Below are positions 13,811 to 27,420 of a DNA stretch of 64,000 bases, in pieces; positions within the stretch are counted from its first letter, which is position 1; each line of letters starts with the position of its first letter. Origin of the DNA: Octopus vulgaris. Lineage: Eukaryota. The DNA lies in contig OX597819.1 of assembly GCA_951406725.2 (NCBI GenBank), forward strand, positions 33,108,001 to 33,172,000, written 5' to 3'. A program made the position numbers and the translations under genes. A model generated the notes under the pieces. That model saw only the letters and a program-made list of their open reading frames with translations. It was not told the origin of the DNA and ran no database searches.

Positions 13811-14122
13811 GTATGTATGTATGTATGTATGTATGTATGTATGTATGTATGTATGTATGTATGTTTGTTTGTTTGTATGTATGTATGCATGCATGCATGC
13901 ATGCATGTATGTATGTATGTATGTATGTATGTATGTATGTATGTATGTGTGTGTGTATGTATGTATGTATGCATGCATGTATGTATGTATGTGTGTGTAT
14001 GTATGTATGTATGTATGTGTGTATGTATGTATGTATGTATGTATGTATGTATGTATGTATGTATGTATGTATGTATATATGTGTGTGTGTATGTATGTGT
14101 GTATGTATGTATGTATGTATGT
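13811..14122. repeat. (TATG)n microsatellite
   Basis: Seen directly. Confidence 0.95.
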
Positions 14123-14283
14123 ACGTATAGGTAGCTAGCTAGATATATACTAATACAAGGATTTAAAGTATTTTTATCAGGAGTTGCTTTTACACTCCGG
14201 AAAACTGCCGCTAGCGCAAAAAGGATTATTGTACTCTTTTACAAAAAAAATCAAGTAGAGAAATTCTGAATAATAGTTTATAT

Positions 14284-14598
14284 CACTGGTTCTTAACTGG
14301 GGTCCACATGACCCCCAAGCTGTCCAGGTAAGATTGTTGGGGGTCTACGCAAGCGAAATAGTAAATTGGAGATCCACAATAATACATTAAGCAATTTTTT
14401 CTTTAAGGGAATTTATTACAAGAAATAATTAGATATCTTTCTTAAATGTTTTATATGGTTCAAAAATAAAAAAAAAAAGGAATCTTGAAAGAAGTATCTA
14501 TAAAACTAGTTTTTTAAACATCAAATAGCTATGTAGGCCCGCCAAAAGAAACTAATAATAAAAGGGTCCCATATATAAAGTATGGTTGAGAACCAATG
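14284..14598. mobile_element. hAT-like MITE
   Basis: Ends cactggttcttaac / gttgagaaccaatg; related reversed copy at 52040-52340. Confidence 0.65.
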
Positions 14599-14745
14599 GT
14601 TTGGATCATTAATATTCTAGTACTAGTTACGCTATGTCTTGATAAAAGATGGGACGGCCACAGCTGAACCATTTTTGATTATAGGTCTGCTGGATCTGAT
14701 CTAACCTGAAGCCAAACAGCAACTAGAGTTATCACTAAGACTAAC

Positions 14746-15046
14746 TGGCGCTCCATCGGTTACGACGAGAGGTGTTTCAGTTGGTCTGATTAACAGCAGG
14801 CTCGTGAAATTAGCGTGAAAGTGATTGAGCACTCCACAGGCCCGCGTACCCGTAACGTAGTTCTCAGGGGGATTCAGCGTGACAAAGAGTGTGACAAGGC
14901 TGACTCTTTGAAATACAGGTGCAATTTATTTTTGCCAGCTGAGTTGACTGGAGCACTGTGAAATAAAGTGTCTTGCTCAGGGACACAGCACAGCACCAGG
15001 TGTTGAACTCTCGACGTTATTAAACCACTAAGCCATGCACCTTCAC
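14746..15046 (-). mobile_element. Older SINE: CORE-like head plus family C tail
   Basis: C-tail motifs (ttacgacg, cgtgaaatta, gtgacaaggc) joined to a gagcaagacactttatttcac head. Confidence 0.75.
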
Positions 15047-15087
15047 ACTAATACTGACTACAATCATATAAATTAAATCATAATGAT

Positions 15088-15297
15088 CTAGCAGAATCGC
15101 TTGGAAGCCGGGCAAAATGCATCGCTGTATTTTGTCAGTTTTTACATTCTGAGCTCGAATTCCGCAGAGGTCGATTTGCCTTTTATTCTTTACAGGACAG
15201 GATCGATAAAATAACTACCAGTCAAGTGACGGTGTCGATATAATCGACTTACTCACTCCCCAGAACTTGCTTATCTTGTGCCAAAATTTGAAATCAA
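15088..15297 (+). mobile_element. SINE family B, diverged
   Basis: ttctgagctcgaattccgcagaggtcga...tcgataaaataactaccag. Confidence 0.7.
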
Positions 15298-15810
15298 TAG
15301 TAAGAAGGACTGGTCACGGCCAGAACGTCTTCGCCTATTGGTTTGCTCAATCAGGGCCGACGACTTTGAGCTAAAGAAATAAGATTGACTCCATTTGATA
15401 TATATGATGCCATTGCATTTTTTTTTTTTATGGAAGACGGAAGGTATCATTATGATTATCCATTCTTTGGATGGCTGTCATTCAGAAAGGTGAAACCTCA
15501 AATCAAATGAGTTTAGCACGTTTCTTCAGCTACTAAAAATATTATCTTCGTCGCCCTAACAAATATCATGAAAACAATACAAATCTGAGTTGAAGGGTCA
15601 TTTGGTGGCTGTGGAAGAAAGACCGAGATAGATAGATATATATATAGAGAGAGACGACTGTGTGTGTGTGTGTGTGTAAATGATGTGGGAGGAGCGGATA
15701 GTGTGTGTGCGTGTGGTTCCATGATTAATAGAAAGAGAAAATTGTGTATTCTGCAATTATATCTGAGTTCGATTGCTGCTTCGAGCGTGAAAAAAAAAAT
15801 CGACCACTCC

Positions 15811-15863
<53 letters not shown>

Positions 15864-16097
15864 CTCTCTCTCTCTTTCACACACATATACATGAACACAA
15901 ATTCATAAAATCACATACAGATACTGACTAATGCATATATACATTCATATGTGTGCATATATATATATATATATATTAGCCCCTTGTGGGCAATAAAGAA
16001 ATATATATATACATATATATATATATGTATGTACGCATATGTGTAGATGCGTGTGTGTATATTTATGCGTATATATGAATGTATCTGTATATATATA

Positions 16098-16154
<57 letters not shown>

Positions 16155-16559
16155 GTGTGAGTGTGTGTGTGTGCATGTGCCAGCAACAGAGTATACCAAA
16201 GGAGTGAATAACTGAACAATAAGCTAAAACAATCGAACAACAAATTTCAATCAATCATTGATAGAAATATTGAAACTTCAATATATTGTTCATTAAATCG
16301 ATGTTTTTTTGTTTGTTTTCCATTGTTCGGTCGTTACTCCTTTACTGTTCAAACGGTCGCCACCAACAAGAAGAACATCATCACCACCAGCACCACTACC
16401 ACCACAACCACCAACACCATCACCTTCTCCGCCTCCACCAGCACCACCATCATCGTGAGGATCACCAGGATCATGATCATCATCATTGTCATCATACTGT
16501 TAACACGGTCGCCGCAGTCGCCACCACCATCACCTTCTACACTTCCACCAGCACCACTA

Positions 16560-17000
16560 TCAATGTTACCACCATCACCACCACCAATACCACCGCCACC
16601 AATACCACTGCCATCAACACTACCACACCCCATCATAGCCACCACCACCATCACCACCACCAATACCACCGCCACTAATACCACTGCCATCAACACTACC
16701 ACACCCCATCATAGCCACCACCACCATCAACACTACCACACATCATCATAGCCACCACCACCATCACCACCACCAATACCACCGCCACCAATACCACTGC
16801 CATCAACACTACCACACCCCATCATAGCCACCACCACCATCACCACCACCAATACCACCGCCACCAATACCACTGCCATCAACACTACCACACCCCATCA
16901 TAGCCACCACCACCATCACCACCACCAATACCACCGCCACCAATACCACTGCCATCAACACTACCACACCCCGTCATAGCCACCACCACCATCACCACTA
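16560..17000. repeat. ~76-bp CAC-rich minisatellite, about 5.5 units
   Basis: accaataccactgccatcaacactaccacacc recurs at ~76-bp spacing, with one short unit. Confidence 0.85.
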
Positions 17001-17059
17001 CAGCCGCCGCCATCATCTTCATAATCAGTGAACGGACATGAAACAAAAGTCTAATTAGT

Positions 17060-18240
17060 GCCTTTGAAAAGGAAGAAGGAAATAATAAAGAATGTTCGGG
17101 TGAAAGAAAGAAAGAAAGACGGAAGAATGGGGAAAAGAGAGAAAGAAAGTAGGCAAGAAAGGAAGAAAGAAAGATGGAAGAAAGGGGAAAAGAGAAAGAA
17201 AGTAGGCAAGAAAAGAAGAAATGAACGAAGGAACGAAGAAAAAGAAAAGAAAGAAAATAAAATAAAAGAAAGATAGATAGGAAGAGAGAGGAGAGGAGAA
17301 AGAAAGAAAGAAAGAATGAAAGAATGAAAGAAAGAAGAAACAAGAAAGAATGACAAGATGAAGGAAGGAAGGAAGAGAGAGAGAGAGAAAGAAGGTAAGA
17401 AAGAAAGAACGAAAGAAAGGAAGGAAGGAAGGAAGAAAGAAATAAGAAAGAAAGAAAGAAAGAAAGGAAGGAATGAAGGAAGAAAGAAATAAGAAAGAAA
17501 GAAAGAATGAAAGAAATAAGAAAGAAAGAAAGAAAGAATGAAAGAATGAAAGAAAGAGGAAACAAGAAAGAATGACAAGATGAAGGAAGGAAGAGAGAGA
17601 GAGAAAGAAGGTAAGAAAGAAGGTAAGAAAGAAAGAACGAAAGAAAGAACGGAAGGGAGGAAGAAAGAAATAAGAAGGAAAGAAAGAAAGAAAGGAAGGA
17701 AGGAATGAAGGAAGAAAGAAATAAGAAAGAAAGAAAGAAATAAGAAAGAAAGAAATAAGAAAGAAAGAAAGAAGGCAAAAAGAGAGAAAGAAGAGAGAAA
17801 GAAGAGAGAAGGCAAAAAAAAAGAAAGAAAGAGACTGAAAGAGATATGAGAAATAAATATATAAATAAATATATCGAGTAAAACATGTCTAGAGTGACTG
17901 TGTACGAGAGTACGGTAGAGGAAATAGAGTTTATATGCGTGAGAGAGAGAGAGGGGGGGGGATAGAGATAGATAGATAGACAGACAGTGAGGGAGAGAAA
18001 ATAGTGAGAGATAGAACGTGAAAATATATGTGCATGAGAGAGACAGAGGGAGGGAGGAAGGAGAGGAAGAGCATAAAGAAGGATTTTGCATAAATTTTGA
18101 AGATGAACGCAAGTAAAGAGAGTCGGAGTAAAGGTGTTGAGGAGGAGAAAAGGAGAGAGAGGAATAGCGGGAGGTTGGGGGGAGGGGGGGCAGAAAGGAA
18201 AAGTAGAGAGATGTAGAAATGAGGGTGGGGGAAATGGTAG
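17060..18240. repeat. Polypurine (GAAA/GGAA)-rich tract with internal duplication
   Basis: gaaacaagaaagaatgacaagatgaaggaagg occurs at ~17337 and ~17559. Confidence 0.9.
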
Positions 18241-18649
18241 TTTGTGATAGAATAATTATTAAAAGAATAGAAATGATAGTCAGCATCAACATCAGCAACA
18301 GCAGCAATAACAGCATGGACAGCAGCAGCAGCAGCAGCTAATTACATTGATTAACCCGGAATAGAATGAGATCCAATCAGGAGTGTATGTTGTTAGTGAT
18401 CGATGTCTGGTAAACACTGATCGATTTAGCCAGCGATGTAGGTTTGTAATAGACACACACTGTAATGACAGACTTATATTGCTTAGCTTTTTACTCTGGC
18501 TTTAGTTGACATCAGCGCAAATTCACATATACATAAAATGTACACACACACTTAGACACACACGCAACGTACATTGACAGTTATGCACATACATTTACTT
18601 ATACTAACATACGCATACATGCACATGCTTAGACACACATACATTCACA

Positions 18650-18990
18650 CAAACACACACACACACACACACATGCATACTCCCACATGCACACACGCAC
18701 ACACACACACATGCATACTCCCACATGCACACACACACACAAGCATACTCCCACATGCACACACACACTCATACACATGCATACTCCCACATGCACACAC
18801 ACACACACATGCATACTCCCACATGCACACACACACACACACACACACATGCATACTCCCACATGCACTCACACACACACACACAAGCATACTCCCACAT
18901 GCACACACACACACACACTCACACACATGCATACTCCCACATGCACACACACACACATGCATACTCCCACATGCACACACACACACTTTC
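18650..18990. repeat. Minisatellite gcatactcccacatgcac(ac)n
   Basis: About 9 copies separated by variable (AC)n. Confidence 0.9.
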
Positions 18991-19289
18991 GTACAAAGAT
19001 TCAATCAGACACATATTCAATCATGCTCACACGTACTTATACACATACACAAACACTTTTATACACGTCTTAACACAGACACAAAGATGCTCTCCCTCTC
19101 TCTCTCTCTCTCTCTCGCACACGCACACGCACACACACACACACAGAGATGCACGTACACACACATGCACTCACACACACGCACACACACTTCCATATAA
19201 ATATTCAATTATATTCACTCGCGCCCAAACACATACGCTAACACTTTCATACACACCTCAACACAGACACGCAGACGCACATGCATTCA

Positions 19290-19323
<34 letters not shown>

Positions 19324-19390
19324 CACACACACACACATATACATGAAGCTACATATGCACGCACACACACACAAAAAATCTCCGTCTCTT

Positions 19391-19447
<57 letters not shown>

Positions 19448-19619
19448 TACACACATCCTCACACACTAACACAATCGTTGATGTACACCTGAAATTACAT
19501 GAAAATCTGACTGATACACAGACAGAGAAAGATAAACAGAGCCTCACAGACAGGAGAGGAACGGGCAAGCGGGTGGACACGTAGGTGATGGGCACCACTG
19601 GGTTTACGTATCGTGTTGC

Positions 19620-19913
19620 TACATGGCTTAGTGGTTAGGGTGTTCGACTCCCGATCGCCAACTCGTGAGTTCAATTCCCGGCGACGCGTTGTGTCGTTGA
19701 GCAAGTCCACTCAGCGAGCAATGACGAGAAGTACCTGTATTTTAAAGGGGCCAGTCTTGTCGCATTCTGTGTCGCGCTGAATCTCCCTGAGAACTATGTT
19801 AAGGGTGCATGTGTCTGTGGAGTGCACAGCCACATGCACGTTAATTTCACGAGCACACGAGCAGGTTGTTCGGATCAACTGGAACACCTCATCGTCGTAA
19901 CCGACGGAGTGCC
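19620..19913 (+). mobile_element. Older SINE: CORE-like head plus family C tail
   Basis: tggcttagtggttagg A box, gagttcaattcc B box, ttgagcaagt, then C tail. Confidence 0.75.
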
Positions 19914-20012
19914 AATTTGTTGTGTATTCGATGGTCAAACCTAAGATAACAGCCTTGGTTGTTGTCCCTAAGTTTGTCGGTGCTGTGTAGCTCTAGCTAT
20001 ACATGATCCTAT

Positions 20013-20395
20013 GGAGGCGCAATGGCCCAGTGGTTAGGGCAGCGGACTCGCGGTCATAGGATCGCGGTTTCGATTCCCAGACCGGGCGTTGTGAGTGTTT
20101 ATTGAGCGAAAACACCTAAAGCTCCACGAGACTCCGGCAGGGGATGGTGGTGATCCCTGCTGTACTCTTTCACCACAACTTTCTCTCACTCTTACTTCCT
20201 GTTTCTGTTGTACCTGTATTTCAAAGGGCCGGCCTTGTCACTCTCTGTGTCACGCTGAATATCCCCGAGAACTACGTTAAGGGTACACGTGTCTGTGGAG
20301 TGCTCAGCCACTTACACGTTAATTTCACGAGCAGGCTGTTCCGTTGATTCGGATCAACCGGAACCCTCGTCGTCGTAACCGACGGAGTGCTTCCA
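20013..20395 (+). mobile_element. SINE family C (tRNA-derived, probably Arg), young
   Basis: tggcccagtggttagg A box, ggtttcgattccc B box; near-identical to copies at 50169 and 50960. Confidence 0.92.
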
Positions 20396-20669
20396 TGCCT
20401 GATCCAGTAGTTCTATACCACATGGTTATTCGTCCGAATGAAGTGGCGAGAGCCATAGATCCATCTTCCCGTCAAGGACCAAATACTGTTGCGTGCGAGA
20501 TATAAAGATGAGTCGTATGTGGTGCAGAATGTTGATTACATTAGCCATTTCCTCCTTCTTGTTTTGTTTCTTCTTTCTGTCCATTTCTCCTCCTCGTGCA
20601 CATATACTCTCGCTCACCGTCTTTTCCCACCTCGCTCTCTTAGGCACATACGCTTGAATGGCAAAAGGT

Positions 20670-20745
<76 letters not shown>

Positions 20746-20778
20746 TTACATATCTATCTACACACATATACACGCATG

Positions 20779-20841
<63 letters not shown>

Positions 20842-20909
20842 GGTCCCGGGTTGAGTCGGGGTTAACCACAGTAAATAAGGTACTCAATACATAGCAGAGT
20901 AAATTAATT

Positions 20910-21032
20910 TATTTTATAGAAGGAGCTTCTACAGGACTAGAACTGTTTCATTCAAAATAAATCATCAGGAAGCTTCCTGATGATTTCTTTTGAATGAAAC
21001 AGTTCTAGTCCTGTAGAAGCTCCTTCTATAAA

Positions 21033-21035
<3 letters not shown>
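20910..21035. ncRNA. 126-bp palindrome encoding a type I hammerhead motif on each strand
   Basis: Plus 20971-21021: agcttc-CTGATGA-tttc tttt gaat-GAAA-cag ttctagtc ctg-TA-gaagct; arms differ at one position. Confidence 0.8.
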
Positions 21036-21064
<29 letters not shown>

Positions 21065-21117
21065 CATGCATATATTTATAATACACACATATACAGACAT
21101 ACATACATACATACACA

Positions 21118-21233
<116 letters not shown>

Positions 21234-21289
21234 CGTTTTTGTGTGTGTATGTGCGAGTGATTGCGTGTGTATATGTATGTATGTCATTA

Positions 21290-21910
21290 TTCAGTTTATT
21301 TCAAGACTTTTTGCCAATAGAGAAAGAGCCGGTTTCTAACCTAGATCCAAGGCTCCTTCATTGGAATGTTAACAAAATCAACAGGGTACTTTTGTATGTA
21401 TGTATACGTGCAGATTCGAATGTTTTGTTTTAAGTATGTCTTCTCTTACATATACTTACATATCTAAACACGCTCTTATATACTTAAATGATAAACCGTC
21501 AAGGCTGGTATTTAGAAAGTGTGATACATTTCCCAGGGCCCCAATAATTACACGTATAGACCGGAACTTGTAATTTGGATAGAGTAAATGCAAATTTCTC
21601 AATAGTTCGGCATAGGTATCCACTTTTCCACTGATTTTCAGCATTATGTTAACATCCGCTGGACACCTCATTTCAGCAACTGTACAGTTTTTCTTCTCAA
21701 TCCTAAATAATTATATCAGGACTGCTGTGCTTATATTTTATTGAGGTTTTCACTGAGACATTCCACCAGAACTCCTTTTATGATGAGTGGCTACGGCGTC
21801 TACCGTACTGTGGGTTCTTATTTCTTTGTCTTCAGGGATATCCTTCCAACGGATTTCATTTTATGGTGTCCTAGCTACAACATCAGTAGATAATACCATG
21901 ATGACATTTT
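21290..21910 (-). mobile_element. RLE-type (R4-like) LINE remnant
   Basis: DVVART, EMRCPADVNIMLKISGKVDTYAELLRNLHLLYPNYKF, VIIGALG; 3' end resembles that near 12770. Confidence 0.85.
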
Positions 21911-22061
21911 CAGACAGCTGCTTATGATGTGTATGTGTGTGTGTATGTATGTATGTATGTATGTATGTATGTATGTATGTATGTATGTATGTATGTATGT
22001 ATGTATGCATGCATGCATGCATGGATTTCTTATTCTTATGCAAGAACGTTATTGACTGCAG

Positions 22062-22098
22062 CTTCACGGTTTCGGCCATCTAAGCTATCGTCAGAAAA
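22062..22098 (-). ncRNA. Degenerate hammerhead-like motif
   Basis: tt-CTGACGA-tagcttagatggcc-GAAA-ccgtg-aag; stems imperfect. Confidence 0.35.
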
Positions 22099-22125
22099 TG
22101 ACTTAGCTGGCAGAAACTTCGAATA

Positions 22126-22357
22126 GGCGGCGAGCTGGCAGAAACGTTAGCACGTCGGGCGAAATGCTTAGCGGTATTTCGTCTGCCTTTATGTTCTGAG
22201 TTCAAATTCCGCCGAGGTCGAGTTCGCCTTTCATCTTTTCGGGGTCGATAAATTAAGTACCAGTTACGCACTGGGGGTCGATGTAATCGACTTAATCTCT
22301 TTGTCTGTCCTTGCTTGTTCCTTCTATATTTAGCCCCTTGTGGGCAATAAAGAAATA
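22126..22357 (+). mobile_element. SINE family B with TSD
   Basis: ggcggcgagctggcagaaacgttagc head, gcctttcatc..tcggggtcgataaattaagtacc centre; TSD gaaacttcgaa. Confidence 0.92.
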
Positions 22358-22542
22358 TGAAACTTCGAAGTCACTAGCGACAACATTTTTGCATGAAAAT
22401 AATAAATTTATACTCTACAAAAGTATTGTATAACCCTTCAGATCAATGTAAAATTGTTTTTCGAAATCAGTGACGGAAGTTACGAGAAAAACACATATAT
22501 ACTTGCATACAGGCTTTCCCTTTCATCGTAATCCGGTGATTC

Positions 22543-22587
22543 CGCCCGTTGACAAGAGGCAACAACCTCGAAACTGCGGTCCGTGCG
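22543..22587 (+). ncRNA. Type I hammerhead motif, U3:A8 core variant
   Basis: cgcccg-TTGACAA-gagg caacaa cctc-GAAA-ctgcgg-TC-cgtgcg; GUC cleavage triplet. Confidence 0.75.
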
Positions 22588-23131
22588 TATCACTTAGGCT
22601 TACGAGAAAGGTATGGCCTCCCTTTGCAAATACCATAAGGGTACAGATAGTGTGCCTAAACCCAGCTGGAGACGATGATCTCCTGGGGCTAAAAGCTACA
22701 GTAACCCCCCCCCCTTTTGTGACTAGCCATATTGAGATGGCTATTATACTTTACATTGTTTTTATTATAGCTGTACTTAAACACAACCATTAATATATAC
22801 AATGTTGATATATATGTGTATGTTTATGCATGTCTGGGTAAGAGTGTGTGTATGTATATCTGTATATATATATATATATATATACATACACATTTTATAA
22901 AGAAAGGAGATAGAATGAAAAGACTTTAATTGCAAAGCTCATGAAGTGTTTCTGTACAGTGGCCACAGCTGTTAGTTACTGAGTTTTCCATATCAAACTA
23001 TTACGTTAATTATTTTATAAATAGTTACATAAATAAATATGATGCAGTAGCAGCTGCGTACCGGCACAAATCTTCAGCTCCAGTTGCTTTGATATATGTG
23101 TATGTACACATATATATATATATAGAGAGAG

Positions 23132-23215
<84 letters not shown>

Positions 23216-23423
23216 GATAGGATATATCAGAAAACAAGATGGACTCAGCGGAGCAGGAGCATACAAGAGGCCGAAATGTGTCGCTGGAGAAGTCACAGAG
23301 GTGCGACGAAAGTTTTCCGGACAATGGACATGAGTTAAAATAACAACAATAGTAAACGAGTGAAGAACGAATACATAGTGCGTGTGTTTATTTGCCCCAC
23401 CACACACACACACACACACACAC

Positions 23424-23577
23424 ATTTTTTTCTCTCCTTGTTTTTTCTGTGTCCCTTTCTGTAGAAGAGCGTAGGCTCGAAAAGTAAAAGACTTTTTCTA
23501 TTCCTGAGCATTATACTAATACATCTGTTTGTTTTGTAAACCACCTGTCTTCGTCTTTTGTTTTATTCGTAAACTCT

Positions 23578-23580
<3 letters not shown>
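23424..23580 (+). mobile_element. Penelope-like terminus with minimal HHR motif (23455-23490)
   Basis: cttt-CTGTAGA-a gagc gtag gctc-GAAA-ag-TA-aaag; same family as 35427-35635. Confidence 0.65.
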
Positions 23581-23636
<56 letters not shown>

Positions 23637-23821
23637 CGTCACCGTGATCACCGTGACCGACCAGGCTATCAGATGTTGTTACACATCGCTGGTTACAATG
23701 TGCTTCGCATTGTTTTAGCCTTCAAATGACGCCACCCCGCTGGCTAAGCGAGCAGGCCATATATATATATATTTCGGTATCGTGTTGGCATCTAGTCCAG
23801 CAAATTGCATTTTATATGGGA

Positions 23822-23881
23822 CCATGCTGATGATGGCTGCACTTTTCCTTGCGGAAAATAATAGCCGAAATTAGTACATGG
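23822..23881 (+). ncRNA. Type I hammerhead motif, canonical core
   Basis: ccatg-CTGATGA-t ggct...agcc-GAAA-ttag-TA-catgg; inner hairpin ttttcc/ggaaaa in stem II. Confidence 0.8.
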
Positions 23882-24116
23882 GTAAATATTTATTTCGTAT
23901 ATTTTCACTTGTTTATTGCTTTGGTTTTGTGTTGAGTTTGATCTGAGAACATAAAATTTTGTGGAGAATGGCGATTTGACGTCTATATCTAGCATGTTGA
24001 CTGTCCACTTTTCGTGTTATATATAAATATTTTAATCTTCGGATTCTTTCTTTAATATGCTAGACCACTGCTTCTAATTGATAAATATCAATTTCTACCC
24101 TAAATTTAATTTTATA

Positions 24117-24159
<43 letters not shown>

Positions 24160-24163
<4 letters not shown>

Positions 24164-24352
24164 TGAAATGTTCCGGCTTCAAGGTTTCGCGAAAGGCCTG
24201 GCCGGAGGCCCAAACTTCCGAGTTCTTTTACTGGGCTTAGAAAGCCTGAATGAATACTACAATATATATATGAAGCTGAATAAAATCATAATTAACTGAT
24301 CCTACTATATTTTCTTTTACCCAAAGCCAAGAACTTTTAAACACTTTGTCGT
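24160..24352. mobile_element. Mariner-type MITE
   Basis: Reverse copy of 1184-1382. Confidence 0.65.
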
Positions 24353-24361
24353 ATGGATATC

Positions 24362-24744
24362 GTGGCACTCCGTCGGTTACGACGATGAGGGTGCTACTTG
24401 ATCCGATCAACGGAGCAGCCTGTTCGTGAAATTAACGTGCAAGTGGCTGAGCACTCCACAGACACGTGTAGCCTTAACGTAGTTCTCGGGTAGTTCAACA
24501 TGACACTCAGAGTGACAAGGCTGGTCCTTTGAAATACAGGTACAACAGACGCAGGAAGAAAGAGTGAGAGAAAGTTGTGGTGAAAGAGTAAAGCAGGGCT
24601 GGTTACCACCTCCTGCCGGAGCCTCGTGAAGTTTTAGATGTTTTCGCTTAATAAACACTCACAACGCCCGGTCTCTGGGAATCGAAGCCACGATCCTACG
24701 ACCGCGCGAGTCCGCTGCCCTAACAACTGGGCCATTGCGCCTCC
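24362..24744 (-). mobile_element. SINE family C
   Basis: Full-length, moderately diverged. Confidence 0.88.
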
Positions 24745-25020
24745 ACCATATAGATATATATGCATGCATTATAAATGTGTGTGAGCACGTACATGTGTAG
24801 GTGTGTATTATCTAAGTTGCGTGGTATGTACTCTGGCTCATGACGTTTTGAGTTCAAATTCTGCTGCAACCTATTTGGACGGTAGACTTATTCATTATTC
24901 TAGATTAAAGTCCCTTGTCTCTGGCAAAATAGATATAGCGTCATTATTAGAATCTCTGGCTTTCCTCAGCAGATAAATAGCAGGTTTATTCACACGTCTC
25001 TTACATGATTTTCAATATAC

Positions 25021-25438
25021 CAGGAGTGGCTGTGTGGTAAGTAGCTTGCTAACCAACCACATGGTTCCGGATTCAGTCCCACTGCGTGGCATCTTGGGCA
25101 AGTGTCTTCTGCTATAGCCCCGGGCCGACCAATGCCTTGTGAGTGGATTTGGTAGACGGAAACTGAAAGAAGCCTGTCGTATATATGTATATATATATAT
25201 ATATGTGTGTGTGTATATGTTTGTATGTCTGTGTTTGTCCCCCCTAGCATTGCTTGACAACCGATGCTGGTGTGTTTACGTCCCCGTAACTTAGCGGTTC
25301 GGCAAAAGAGACCGATAGAATAAGAACTGGGCTTACAAAAGAATAAGTCCCGGGGTCGATTTGCTCGACTAAAGGCGGTGCTCCAGCATGGCCGCAGTCA
25401 AATGACTGAAACAAGTAAAAGAGTAAAAGAGTAAGAGT
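25021..25438 (+). mobile_element. SINE family A, young
   Basis: Full body, (gagtaaaa)n tail, TSD-like tataccag. Confidence 0.92.
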
Positions 25439-25633
25439 ATACCAGCTTTGTATTTACGAAATATCTATTTCCATTTGATGTATGCTATTGACGTATTTAG
25501 AAGGATCGTGCACTTTTACATATTATTTTGCAGACATAGACTCACATGCACACATATAGACATACACACACACAAATATATTCCATGGATAAAATGTAAC
25601 AAAATCATTGATAATGAGAAATAAACAAAAAGG

Positions 25634-25678
<45 letters not shown>

Positions 25679-27149
25679 CAGGGAGAGAGACTAATAGGAA
25701 GAAGATAAGAACTCACTGCAATCTATGTTCCGCTATCCTGTTGTGATTCTCAGTTATAACCATACATATCATCTTGTGTTGTAATTCGAAGAAACATGAA
25801 ACCTGTAGATTTTTCTCTTCCCTAATGAATCAATTAAAAGAGACGTTGTGGTGTTGGGATACCAAAATTAGTAGGTTGTTGAATAAAATGCTCTGTTTTG
25901 GGTTCAAATCTCGTTGAAGTTTGAATTTCCAGCTTACTGAGTGGTTCGATTAGATTATGTAGCCTTGTAGCTTGGTTACATAGACTATACATTTCCTCAT
26001 AAAATGCTTCACTCTGTTAGGAATCATCCTATAATTATTGTGGATGATAATTGAATTGGTTAATTGGCGTAGAATGCGAAAATAACTTGGTAATGCTTCA
26101 ACTTTGATTACGAAACAGTTATCGACACACGCTTCTATATTTACTGTTCTCTGCACTGGCTCACCTTAATAGAACGGTTTTGTATGCAACAAAATTTGGT
26201 ACTGACATTCTTGTGGGAAAAGCATCCAAGAAGCAATGTGTTACTGCTCTTAACGTTCTGAAGTGAAATACAATCAAAGCCAAATCTGACTTTCAATCTT
26301 TCGTCCTCTATAAAATCAAGTACCAGTAATATACTGAAACGATTTAATTGACTATAACTCTCTTTGAAACATGAAGGGTTTTGACTGTTTGGTAATTCAT
26401 ATGAAAAATTGGTCTAAAAAATAAAACATCGAGTTGTTATCTACCATTCATTTTGAAATTTTATTTGTTTCTATTATTTTTTTTCAGAGTATGAGACCGT
26501 TCCTTCCCTTTTTAGGTCTGTTATATGTTTTGCCATCATAGTTTTCTTAAAGACAGCTGCCAGCATGCGTAAAGAATGGTACTTTTACAGCTGGAAATCT
26601 AAACCATGTTGCGATCCCGTATTGTCTATACCAAGAACAAGAGAAATATTTCAATCGTTCATTTTCTACATTTGAAAACCCGCTGTAGCCAGCAAAATTT
26701 CTTCCCTCGTGTAATCCTTTTCTCTTTTTGAAGATGTACAATCCTGATTTATAGAGAACTTGTTTATAGAGTAACACAATGTTGTGTAATCGATAAGTTA
26801 CTACTGGTTTAAGTTGATATAAATTTCAGTATGTGCACTGAACCGCTTTGTAGCGTACTTCAATGACTTTAGGTGCTTCCAGCAGACAAAAAAGTTATTA
26901 GAAAAATGGCGTATTGCGAACGAAAGTATTGAAGTGAAATGATCTCATACAAGATGTGATGACTGTGTAAAGTGAAAACTTAAGATGTCTGCTACATTTA
27001 CTATACGGATTCTATCTGATATCTTTTAAGATTACATACATTCATACAATCAAAACAATCATATGCATACATACGTATACACACTCACACACACATGCAT
27101 AACATTATATACACAGCATCCACATCTGAGATGTCTGGAAAGTAAAGTT

Positions 27150-27420
27150 TTGTGGAGAACAGCTGTCTACTGTATGTGAATATTCTATTCAAAATTGATG
27201 AGAAAGAGATCGTTTATGGACAACTGCTTCGAAATCTACAAATTTTCTTCCCAGATTATAAATTCACATTTATACCTGCAATCATTGGCCCACGTTGCTA
27301 CCTAAATAAATATTTATGCAATAACCTTACAATGATAGAGCTTTCATGCAAAAGTAAAAATACCATCTGACATATAATCTGCTAATTTAATCTACCATTG
27401 GATGAGTGAAAATGTAAGCA
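27150..27420 (+). mobile_element. RLE-type LINE fragment
   Basis: VNILFKIDEKEIVYGQLLRNLQIFFPDYKFTFIPAIIG is homologous to 21456-21671. Confidence 0.8.

Noticed and set aside
16885-18316. 333-aa and 421-aa F/L/S-rich ORFs
   Set aside because: A polypyrimidine strand lacks stop codons by composition
20013-20085. tRNA gene
   Set aside because: A/B boxes continue into a SINE body repeated many times; no proper acceptor stem or terminator
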